DNA from: Octopus sinensis
Taxonomy: Eukaryota
Length of the DNA: 64,000 bases
Direction of reading: 5' to 3'
NCBI RefSeq assembly: GCF_006345805.1
Contig: NC_043018.1
Span: forward strand, 11,966,001 to 12,030,000
Shown piece after piece: positions 51,387 through 62,026 of this stretch. The position numbers were made by a program, and so were the translations under genes. A model generated the notes under the pieces. It did not search any database and was not told the DNA's origin. It saw nothing but the letters and a program-made list of their open reading frames with translations. Position 1 is the first letter of the stretch, and the number at the start of each line of letters is the position of its first letter.

Positions 51387-52638
51387 TCATCAACATCGTC
51401 ATCATCATCGTTTAATGTCCGATTTCCACGCTAGCACGGGTTGGACGGTTCGACCGGGGTCTGGGAAGCCAGGGGCTGCTCCAGGCTCCAGTCTGATCTG
51501 GCAGTGTTTCTACAGCTGGATGCCCTTCCTAACGCCAACCACTCCGCGAGTGTAGTGGATGCTTTTTACGTGCGACCTGCACAAGTGCCAGGGGGATCTG
51601 GCATCGGCCACGATCGGTTGGTGCTTTTAACGTGCCACCGGCATGGAAGCCAGCCAAGGCGGCGCTGACATCGGCCATGTTCGGATGGTGCTTTTTATGT
51701 GCCACCGGCACAGAAGCCAGTCGAGGCGGCGCTGGCATCGGCCACGTTTGGATGATGCTTTTTATGTGCCACTGGCACAGAAGCCAGTCGAGGCGGCGCT
51801 GGCAATGCCCACGTTCGGATGGTGCTTTTTATGTGCCACCGGCACAGGTATCACAACTACTATTTCCATTGATATTTGTTTCGATGTTCATGTACATGCA
51901 CTTGACTCAACAGGTCTCCTCAAGCACAGCGAGATGTTCTGGGATCCAAGGTACTTTGAATGGGCAGGGGCTATGCAGAACTGGTGCCGGAAGCATCCCG
52001 GGTCTTTGCAGTCACAGCACATCTCCAGAGATCTCAGTCCTTCGCCATTGCCTCAGTGAGGCCCAACGCTCTGAGGTCATGCTTGACTACCTCATCCCAT
52101 GTCTTCCTGGGTCTACCTCTCCCCCAAATTCCTTCAACTGTTTGAGAGCGGCACTTCTTCACACATCTCTCCTCATCCATCCGCAGTACATGACCATACC
52201 ATCGCAAGCGTCGCTCTTGCACACCACATCTGATGCTTCTTATGTCTAGCATTTCTCTCAGGGTGCTTACACTCTGTCATGCATTCACAGTGACATTACA
52301 CATCCAGTGGATCATGCTAGCTTCATTTCTTTCAAGTCTACGCATGTCCTCTGCAGTCACGGCCCATGTTTCATTACCGTGAAGCATGGCAGTTCGCACA
52401 CATGCATCATACAATCTACCTTTCACTCTGAGTGAGAGACCCTTTGTCGCCAGTAGGGGTAGGAGCTTTCTAAACTTTGCCCAGGCTATTCATATTCTAG
52501 TGGTGACACTCTCTGAGCATCCACCTCCACTACTAACTTGGTCACCCAGGTAAGTAGTGGAGGTGGATGCTCAGAGAGTGTCACCACTAGAATACGAATA
52601 GCCTGGGCAAAGTTTAGAAAGCTCCTACCCCTACTGGC
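51387..52638 (-). mobile_element. RTE LINE 3' portion whose 5' end is folded back
   Basis: RRLRWYGHVLRM...GRGRPRKTW, (TCA)n tail, tandem units in the 3' UTR; 86-bp inverted duplication at 52449-52638. Confidence 0.92.
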
Positions 52639-53154
52639 AACATAATTACTACTTCTGCTACTTCTGCTCCTGTTGCTACCAACAAGGTAGTCTCTATGCA
52701 CTTGCATAAGAAATCACACCCATGCAAAAAAAATAAGCTATTTTACACTAGAACACCTTTTGTCATAAGATCTGCACCATGAAGGTTGACCTAGGTTTAA
52801 ACTATTTTTTTAAAATTTCTTTATTACTCACAGGGGGCTAAACAGAGAGGGGAAAAACAAGGACAGACAAAGGGATTAAGTCAATTACATTGTCCCCAGT
52901 GCATAACTGGTACTTATTTAATCAACCCCTAAAGGACGAAAACCAAAGTCGACCTCAGCAGAATTTGAACTCAGAACATAACAGCAGACGAAATACTGCT
53001 AAGCATTTTGCCCATCGCGCTAACAATTCTGCCAGCTCACCACCTTTAAGCTATAGGTTTAAACTATTGCAACAGCAACAGCTGCTGCTACTGCTGCTGC
53101 TGCTGCTACTGCTACTACAACAACAACAAAAGGTATAAAATATTGTTAACTCAC

Positions 53155-53236
53155 TTATTTCATCTGCAGAAGCAAAATGAACCAATCCAAACAGCACAAA
53201 GATACTCTGCACAAAACAAATGTTCATTGCCATCAT
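53155..53236 (-). CDS. Cadherin-repeat protein, coding exon 1 (start codon and signal peptide)
   Basis: MMAMNICFVQSIFVLFGLVHFASADEI: hydrophobic core ending in ASA, consistent with a cleavage site. Donor ATAA|GTGAGT (phase 1). Upstream acceptor tttccag| at 53324-53325. Confidence 0.85.
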
Positions 53237-53323
53237 AGTAAATTTGGTTTTGTTGTTGAAGTTGTTCTTGTTTTTATTTTTCCTGCTACTCTTTGATTCC
53301 CTGGATGGAATTTCTTGTTGTAC
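53237..53323 (-). other. 5' UTR part of the start-codon exon
   Basis: 87 nt between the acceptor at 53324 and the ATG at 53236; open and in frame with the CDS. Confidence 0.6.
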
Positions 53324-53504
53324 CTGGAAATTTATTTGAAATATTTAAAAAAGAATTAATGAAAGTGAAAGTTAAGATCATTAAATATATTGTGTTAAGA
53401 ATCTTAGAATAGCTAAACAAAAACACCGTATTTAGAAAGTATAAATGCAAGTGTGCATGCATGCACACACACACACACACACACACTCACACACACACAC
53501 ACAC

Positions 53505-54085
53505 ACATGGATGCAGTGGTGAAAGTCAATAAGAAAGGTTGGATGATGGAGAGCCTAATGAAGGATTGGCTCAGAGAGGTGCTACGCCAAGTGACCGGGG
53601 GGAATGTTTTTCACACAAAAAAGCATTGCTCGTTATGGACAGCATGAGGGCCCATATAACAGATTCAGTGAAAGCTACCATCAAGAGTACAAACTCAATT
53701 CCAGCTGTGATTCCTGGGGGCACCACTAAATATTTGCAGCCACAGGACATCAGCGTGAACCGGGCATTTAAAGTGGCACTGCGCCGTGAGTGGCGAGAAA
53801 TCCTTCACCAAAACAGGCCGCATGCAAAGAGCATCTGTCACTCAAGGCTGCTAGTGGATCCTAAATGCGTGGAGCCGTGTCAAAATATCCACCATCACCA
53901 ACAGGTTTCGAAAAGCTGGACTGCTGCGTGACGAAGAGGACCGGGGGGGGGGGGCTCAAGTGAGAGTGACAACGAAGAGGCTGAAGTGAATGACAAGATC
54001 CTGAGGCTGTTCAGTTCGGACACTGAAGAAGAGGACTTTGATGGTTTCAGTGCAGAGGAAGAAGATGAAGAAGGCAATCAATGAC
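53505..54085 (+). mobile_element. pogo/Tigger DDE transposase remnant
   Basis: KGWM...W...LLVMDSMRAH...VIPGGTTKYLQPQDISVNRAFK...FRKAG. Confidence 0.92.
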
Positions 54086-54122
54086 TTTTGACCTGGTAAG
54101 CTGTAGTATGTGTGTGTGTGTG

Positions 54123-54822
54123 TAGCAGTGGAGGGAACCCGTGGAAGAGGCAGACCCAGGAAAAACTGGGACGAGGTGGTGAAGCACAACCTTCAAACTT
54201 TAGGTCTCACTGAGGAAATGACCAGCGACCGAGACCTTTGGAAATATGCTGTGCGTGAAAAGACCAGGCAGGACAAGTGAGTCCAGCCCACTTATGCATG
54301 CCTTTCCTCTCTTGGACACAAAGACCTGTTGAGGCAAGCGAAGTCGATATCGAACCTCATCCGACGACAGGCACCCATGCCAACCCCCTTTGCTTGCGAA
54401 GACATGTTGGGGCAAGCGAAATCGAAATCGAAATCGGAATCGAAATTGAACCAATCCTATGACTGGCACCCGGCAGATGCCAGGACTCCTGGACTGGAGA
54501 TACGTAAAAAGCACTATCCGAATCGTGGCCAATGCCAGCGCCGCCTCGACTGGCTTCCGTGTCGGTGGCACGTAAAAAGCACCATCTGAATCGTGGCTGA
54601 AGCCAGTGCCGCCTCGACTGGCTTCCATGCAGGTGGCACGTAAAATGCACCAATCCGACCGTGGCCGATGCCAGCCTCGCCTGGCACCAGTGCAGGTGGC
54701 ACGTAAAAAGCACCCACTACACTCACGGAGTGGTTGGCGTTAGGAAGGGCATCCAGCTGTGGAAACATTGCCAGATAAGACCGGAGCCTGGTGCAGCCTT
54801 CTGGCTTCCCAGATACCCGGGT
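54123..54822 (+). mobile_element. RTE LINE 3' end/3' UTR
   Basis: GRGRPRKNWDEVVKH...; (ATCGAA)n; tandem units complementary to 51630-51850. Confidence 0.88.
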
Positions 54823-54956
54823 GTGCTCTGTAGTCTGGAATTTACGGGATATACTTATATATGTATACATACATATACAATACATACATATACATGCATA
54901 CATTTACATACATATACAAACATAAATATATCATAGTGGAAGTAATAGAAATGCAA

Positions 54957-54999
<43 letters not shown>

Positions 55000-55002
<3 letters not shown>

Positions 55003-55320
55003 GTGAAAGTATAAATAGTTTCCCTATTAAAACTGAAAGTATTATCTCATATTACAATAGAGATGTTATTGTTTCACTTTTGACATGTAATACTGAAATA
55101 GTGTAAGAGATAAGAGATTGCTCCAGGCTTGCATTAGGCAAGAAGTTGAAACTTTTTTGGGCCCATGACACTGCATGTACCCTAAGTAAGGCATGTGTAA
55201 AATTTGAATGAAATTGGTTGGGTAGTTCTCGAGTTTTAGTGATGCATGCATACAGACAGACAAAGAAACAGACAGACAGAGAGAAACACATTCTCAGTTT
55301 CATATATATAGATAAAAGCA
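55000..55320 (-). mobile_element. Helitron-like element, 5' part
   Basis: Minus 5' end a|tctatatatatgaaactgag followed by (tctg)n, a typical rolling-circle element start; no 3' CTAG found. Confidence 0.45.
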
Positions 55321-55808
55321 AAGATAGAAAGAGCAAAAATATGCAGGGATGGATAGCTAGTAGAAGGTGAATGAAAGAGAGAGAGGGGGAGAGATAAAGA
55401 GAGGGGGAGAGATAAAGAGATAAAGAGAGAGAGAGAGAGAGCTGCTTGTCTGAGAATGGACTTTATTGCTATGACATCAGGTTTAAAGATAACAGAAGCA
55501 CATCCCTGAATGGAAGGTAGAGATTTGTCTCATTGTTCACCGGCAGATTACAAACTTTCCTTTCGCACCCCTGTTGCCACATAACTTCCAACTGATTTCT
55601 ACTATTGATAGGAGATATCTAATCACATATAGAGCTGTTGTTGCTGGCTACAAAATACCACTGTGTCTGTGAAAACATTATATGTAGTTAAGCTTATGTG
55701 AACCTCTTTAAAGCAGGGAACATGATGAACCTGATGGTAGAGGATAGGGTCCACATGATTTATATTAATTATAATCGAAACTATATAAATATAAACTTAT
55801 GCATGTAC

Positions 55809-56015
55809 TCTTTTACTTGTTTCAGTCATTTGACTGTGGCCATGCTGGAGCACTGCATTTAGTCGAGGAAATCAACCCCAGGACTTATTCTTTGTAAGCC
55901 TAGTACTTATTCTATTGGTCTCTTTTTGCTGAACTGCTAAGTTGCAGGGATGTAAACACACCAGCATCGGTTGTCAAGCAATGTTGGGGGGACAAACACA
56001 GACACAAAAATATAT

Positions 56016-56051
<36 letters not shown>

Positions 56052-56220
56052 ATATATACGATGGGCTGCTTTCAGTTTCCGTCTACCAAATCCACTCACA
56101 AGGCTTTGGTCGGCCCGAGGCTATAGTAGAAGACACTTGCCCAAGGTGCTACACAATGGGACTGAACCCGGAACCATGTGGTTCGTAAGCAAGCCACTTA
56201 CCACACAGCCACTCCTACGC
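55809..56220 (-). mobile_element. SINE family A, full length
   Basis: Reverse complement of the family A consensus; further partial minus copies at 58855-59015 and 62983-63200. Confidence 0.9.
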
Positions 56221-56573
56221 CTATTCACTTTGTCTAGTTCCGCTCAACAGATATTAATCACATCAATGATACAGTGTGAAAAAAATAAAATACAGTTTAC
56301 AAGTAATAACTCCCTAGTGTCAGTTTCATTCAACTTTTGCTTGTTAGTAATTTCATTGGTTATTCCGATATATTTTAGCACCTCCACTTCAAATTAGCTT
56401 CTACTAGATATGGTCAGTACTATGACAGGTACATATACTTACTGATGTGTATGTATCTGACTTTATCTAAAATCGGTTTAATTTTAAATAGCAGTTTACA
56501 TGTAATGCTTCTCGGTTATTGTTACATTCAGGCTATCACAGAAATTAAGGCTCAACCAATTATTCTAACTTAA

Positions 56574-56788
56574 CCCTTTAGCATTCAAATTACTTTATCA
56601 AAATTAATGCCTATTTTTTTACATAGTTTTAAATTTATCATTCATTATCTTTTAGCTTCAAAATATTAATGATGTAATTGTTTATTTTTAGAATGTCATT
56701 GTATGGAGCATGTGGGAAGCCAGATCTGCCTAAACATAAAACAGGTAGCATATCTGGGCTAGTTATGACTAGTTTCAATGCTAAAGAG
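56574..56788. mobile_element. piggyBac-type MITE
   Basis: TTAA|ccctttagcatt ... aatgctaaagag|TTAA. Confidence 0.88.
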
Positions 56789-57037
56789 TTAATCAATTAT
56801 TCAAAATTATCCTTATTTAGCTGATCATGACTCAACTGTTAATTGTAATCAAGCAATATTATATCTTTCTAAAGTATTCTCAGTATTAATAACTATTCAT
56901 CTGAACTTTGATATTCTATGCTGCATGGTATTGTCTGGCATTGCCTTGCATTAATATCCTATCAAGATATTTTATCTTCTATTTTTATCATGGGTGTTAA
57001 CATGAATGCACCATTGCTACTTGTCAATAAGATATGG

Positions 57038-57809
57038 TTACCTCCACCCAGGAAGGAGGTTATGTCTGCATTGCCGTTCGTCTGTCCGACTGTGTGCAAA
57101 ATAACTCAAAAAGTTGTCAACGGTATTTGATGAAACTTGCAGAAAAAGTTGATAATGACACAAGGAACAGATGATGAAATTTGGGTAGTGATCCAGGAAT
57201 TTTTATGGATTCTTGAAGGATTTTTCATTTGTTATGTTTACTTCACATGAAGTATTACAATGTTACGTTCTTTGATTATCTCCCTTGAAAACACATCGGT
57301 TCCATGTAACCTATGGTGGTGTTGCTGTTTAGAGACAGTGATGGTGATGATGATGATGATGACGATGGTCGAGATAAGTATGGGAGGTGGATAAAATAGC
57401 ATCGATGGTTATAATGGTGACAGGAATGGTGTGATGTGTGATGCTGAGGTGATGGTGGTGTTGATGATAGTGTTAGTCGTGTGGTGATGGTGGTATTGCA
57501 GTGGTGAAAGTGACTGTCAAGGTAACCGTCATGATAACATTGATGACGGTGTATGTGGCTGAAGTGGAAGCAGTGACAATGCTGCTGATGATGATGTTGG
57601 TGGTTGGGAACTGCTTCAGATGATTCCTGTTTTTAAAGGGTTTTGTTTCTTAAAATCATATGGCTGTGTTATTTATTTTTTACCCCCACCAAGGAGGTTA
57701 TGTTTTTCCTGGCGTTGGTTTGGGAAATTGGGCGATTCTCAGCATGCGTGTATATGGGTGGAAATGAGCTGCTTGGCGGAGGTCTGCACTCTCTGAGTGC
57801 TTCTCTAGT
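57038..57809 (+). mobile_element. Helentron/HINE-like element(s): 5' ends at 57038 and 57676, 3' end at 57809
   Basis: tt-acc(t/c)ccacc..ggaggttatg starts; cttggcggaggt inverted motif; 3' hairpin gcactc-tct-gagtgc; terminal ctagt. Confidence 0.65.
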
Positions 57810-59019
57810 TTGTCTATACTTTGGAATTATGAACTATTCTCTGTATTAATCTCTAATTACAATATATCAGAGTATTTAAAATCATAAACAAGCATCATAA
57901 GGAATCTAGAAGTAGCGGTAAATATTCCTTTACTCTTTTATTCTTTTACTTGTTTTAGTCATTTGGGCTAATTGGGGCTGCAGCCCAAAACTAAAGAGAG
58001 CTAAATAGCATGACTACAGTACATCTATAATGATTATATACCCCAGTGGTGTTTGATCAGAGGTGAAGGACAGATGAGAATTAATTCTGTAATGCAATCA
58101 TTCTATTCTTCCAGTCCCAAGTTGAATTCCAACTGTTGGCCAATTTGTCCCAAAGTTCTAATCTCGATGTAAAATTAATGAAGCGAATGTCATTCATCTC
58201 GTCCTTCATCTCTGACAAATGCCAGCCAAGATGATGCGAATCGGCCAAGCTTTACCTGTTAGAAATAGCAACTGAAATGCTTTTAAATCAGATCCCAATG
58301 CTGGATGTTCAAGAACCAAATGAAGGACAGATTTTCAATCCCGGGATCATCCTGATTCCAAAAAAGGTAGAATATGTCTGTGTAGAGTAAATGTAGATAC
58401 AGTCAGATACAGTCAAGTGTGTATATAAATAGATTTGTTCCTTGATAATGTCCAATGTTCCATGGCTGCTTGGGCTGGAGGGTGAGATTTGATACTATTG
58501 GTCTAAAGACTAAGTTTCTGCAGCTGGATGTCATAACACCATCAACTTCATAGTTTCGACTGAATGCTTTTTTTTTTTTACATTTCACTGGCACTAGTAT
58601 GGTCGCTATGCATCATGCATGACTACGAACCCTAAGGAGGTTGGTGGGGGATGAGCAACTATACAAAGTGATAAGAGATTGAATCATCATCATTTAACAT
58701 CCGTTGTCCATGCTGGTATGGCTTGGACAGTTTGATCATAGCTGGCTGGACAGAGATCAACACTAGGTTCCAGTCTGATTTGGCTTGGTTCTATGGCTAG
58801 ATGCCCTTCCTAATATCAATCACCTTACAAAATGTGTTGGGTGTTTTTACATGGCTGAACCGCTAAGTTATGGGGACATAAACACATCAGCATTGGTTGT
58901 CAAGTGAGGGGGGACAAACACAGACACACAAACATATACACACACACATACATATATATATTTATATACATATATATATATATACAACGGGCTTCTTTCA
59001 GTTTCTATCTACCAACCTC

Positions 59020-59270
59020 TCATTTGGTTTGTGGTATGGTCTGTAAGAACAGGAGCTCAGGTCTGATATAATGTCTAAAAAGTTTACAATGGTAAGGTTA
59101 GTCTCAGTGGTTATCTTGAGTCCCATGGAGATAAGAGTGCTAATTAGGTCCTTCCTAAGTCTATCAAGGGTTCCCATTAGCTCCTCTAGAGATGGCCTAA
59201 GTGACATCTCTGTAAAGACCAACGACAACTGATGGAACCTCTTGTTTAGTAAGCACTCCTAAGCTGCGAG
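59020..59270 (-). mobile_element. Penelope-like RT core fragment
   Basis: VGLYRD...GLKIT.E.NLTIVNFLDI..DL...YRPYHKPN. Confidence 0.8.
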
Positions 59271-59799
59271 TAGAGGCAGGATGATCATGTAGGGTACATA
59301 ATGACTGCTCAGTAGGGAGGCTGATGTGAATCCGAGCGGAGCATGTATGAGGCTGGGGTGGTGGCCACCACCAGCAGCCAGAGAAACAGCCTAAGCAGCA
59401 ATGGCACATCTACTGACAACAGCAACAACAATGATAGCTGTGACGGCAGTAGCAACAGCAGCACTTCAAGCAGCAGCAACACAAACTTATACAAACAGGA
59501 GCAAATGATGCAAGCTTTGCATAGCAGAGCAGGAAAGAATCCTTAAAAAAACTCACTCAACCTGGGAACCTTTTTAAACTCCAGGAAAGAAGTATTCAGT
59601 CGCTTCCCTCATCTAAAATGTTTCCTATTTCAGACTTGGAATTCTCCATTCATTGAATAGTCTTGTCACAGCTCCTTTGAATTTCACTGTGGCTGGAGTA
59701 ACTCCATCCTGCCTGCAACACAGACAATTATTTTTTGCTCAGAAAACCAACTGATCATTATGCATTTCTTCCTCCAGTTGTAGAGAGATTATATGCCTT

Positions 59800-60175
59800 C
59801 AGTCATTTGAGTCTGATGAGTTATCTATACTGCTAAGTGCTTTATAGATGCAAAACTGCAAAACCAATATTCACTCTATTGGCCGTGAGAATATCGAACC
59901 ACTTCACAACTTTTCGCGATTTTAGAAAACAACACGCTACCGGACTAAGTAAATTAATCTGGCGTTTGAAGAACGCGAACTCAGCATTTAGACTGGAATG
60001 GTCGATTTTATCGGTGGCTGTACCGTTTGATAGGGGCAAAAGAATCTGTAATCTCTGTAACTCTGAACTTTTTCACATTTTGTTCGCCCGAGGGCAGCTA
60101 GTGAACGGGATTTTGCAACACTCTTTCAGATGTCCCCACTGGAGGCGACTGACATTTCTTGCACACAATTGAAGC
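59800..60175 (+). mobile_element. Penelope-like GIY-YIG C-terminal fragment (second family)
   Basis: NHFTTF...ATGLSKLIWRLK...LEWSIL..A.PF...RICNLCNSE...CPH. Confidence 0.82.
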
Positions 60176-60620
60176 CTAAGATAATTAACACCTTGATGTC
60201 ATAAGAAAAGAAAAAAAAATTGTTTGGAAGAAATTTGGAAAAAATTTTGAATTAAATTTGAAAGGGGAAATTACTCCCCTTTTAGCGTATGTTCTGCTAC
60301 TTTTTTTAGAAACAATATCAGGGATTATACTCCCCTGTTTTTTGACAAGTCATCTGTATATAAACTGGTCATAGACGAACACACAGACACAGAATTTTAT
60401 CAGCCGCTTGACCAGCAATGCCTACAATACAATATACTTTCCCTCTAGCTGCTTCCTAACATACTGCCACACATACATAGGCGCATACACACACACATAC
60501 ATGTAGGTAGCTCCTCACACCCAAATAAGATAACTGTCATTCTTAAGACAATTTGAACATTAACACTAGTTATACAGAATATATTCACACTCTTTGGGTT
60601 TTCTGTGATTCTTCCCCTAC

Positions 60621-60870
60621 CTGATTTGACCGTGGTTTGACCTAGGTTTATTCCAACGGATTTTTTCGTCGGCCTTCACCCACTCTGACGTCAGCGCATA
60701 TTGAGAGACAGTTTTGTGCCATTTTTACCATGGGCTCCTAGGGAGCATTTTGTTCGAAAAGCTTGCTGCGCATTTGTTTTGAGATTTTAAATTCCTGGAT
60801 TTTCCTGAAGAGAAAGCTGCAGAATGGTCTCCTTATTCAATCCGAATTTGGGAATTTGCAGCCTTTGAAA
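60621..60870 (-). promoter_or_regulatory. Candidate non-coding first exon/promoter of the cadherin gene
   Basis: Stretch not recognised as a repeat, relatively CpG-rich, with donor-like CAG|GTAGGG at 60621 and a perfect CRE palindrome TGACGTCA at 60686-60693. No transcript evidence. Confidence 0.3.
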
Positions 60871-60877
60871 CATGTGT

Positions 60878-61094
60878 AGAAAATAATAAAAAGGAATTTT
60901 GTAGAATCTTCGTTCGGCTCCATTTCTTCCCTTCACTAAATATATAAAACTTCGATTATCCGCGCTAAAGCACGGGGACGAAACCCCATGGTCGTAACCT
61001 CAACCGTGTCTTTTCTGGTGTGATTTTTGCTACACAGGTATCGGTTAAATTTTGAATAATCCGTAACAAGATAATTCATTTATCCATTTCATTA

Positions 61095-61131
<37 letters not shown>

Positions 61132-61348
61132 TATGTGAAATAGAAAGATGAATATCTTGTAGTTGATTATCAAAAGTTTAACCGATACCTTAGTAGCAAA
61201 AATCACAGCAGTGAACAGCACGGTTGGAGGTACAACCATCTGGCGTTGCAACCGTGCGTTGGTGCGGATAATTGAATTAAAACATTATTGGTGAATTGAA
61301 GAAATGGAGCTGAACGCAGATTGAACAGAAATCGTTTTATTTCATTCT
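60878..61348. mobile_element. Fold-back element with ~205-bp imperfect arms around a (TA)n core
   Basis: For example tgatttttgctacacaggtatcggttaaa (61021) versus tttaaccgataccttagtagcaaaaatca (61177), and ggctccatttcttc versus gaagaaatggagct; TA at both termini. Confidence 0.8.
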
Positions 61349-61419
61349 AGAATGAAATAAAACGATTTCTGTTCAATCTGCGTTCAGCTCCATTTCTTCA
61401 ATTCACCAATAATGTTTTA
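61278..61419. repeat. Perfect 142-bp palindrome with no spacer
   Basis: Arms 61278-61348 and 61349-61419 are exact reverse complements; centre ttcattct|agaatgaa. Confidence 0.97.
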
Positions 61420-61455
<36 letters not shown>

Positions 61456-61477
61456 TGTATGTATGTATGTATGTACA

Positions 61478-61513
<36 letters not shown>

Positions 61514-61525
61514 TGTATGTATGTA

Positions 61526-61567
<42 letters not shown>

Positions 61568-61947
61568 ATATTATATATATATACATATATATATATGGGT
61601 TGTGTGTGTGTGTGTATAAAATAAAAAGTGTGTTATAAGCATTTATAGTATAAAATCTTATATAAACTCAACTAACAATTAAATAATGGAGAAGAGAAGA
61701 TGTTAAAAGCTTTTATAAAGTTTTAATCTGTGTGATCATTTCGAATAATACCAGCATGTAAGAAACATGATGAAATTAAATTAATTATAATATATTACAA
61801 ATGCTCATAACACACTTTTTATTTGTCATATTCTCATATTTTAAATATTTGCATTAGCAAGTTACTACTTTGGTATGAAGAATCTTTATTAAAAATCTAA
61901 CATTTTGGACCCCAAAACAGTTCAAAATGTCCTACTTGAACTAAACT

Positions 61948-62026
<79 letters not shown>

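Noticed and set aside
59343-59546. Ser/Asn-rich 67-aa ORF as a host exon
   Set aside because: Low-complexity AGC/AAC tract between Penelope fragments, antisense to the gene, with no convincing splice context.
60960-61000. Possible hammerhead ribozyme (gacgaaaccccatggtc gives GAAA, stem III and GUC)
   Set aside because: No CUGANGA core upstream (ctaaagc instead), and the sequence is part of a fold-back arm.
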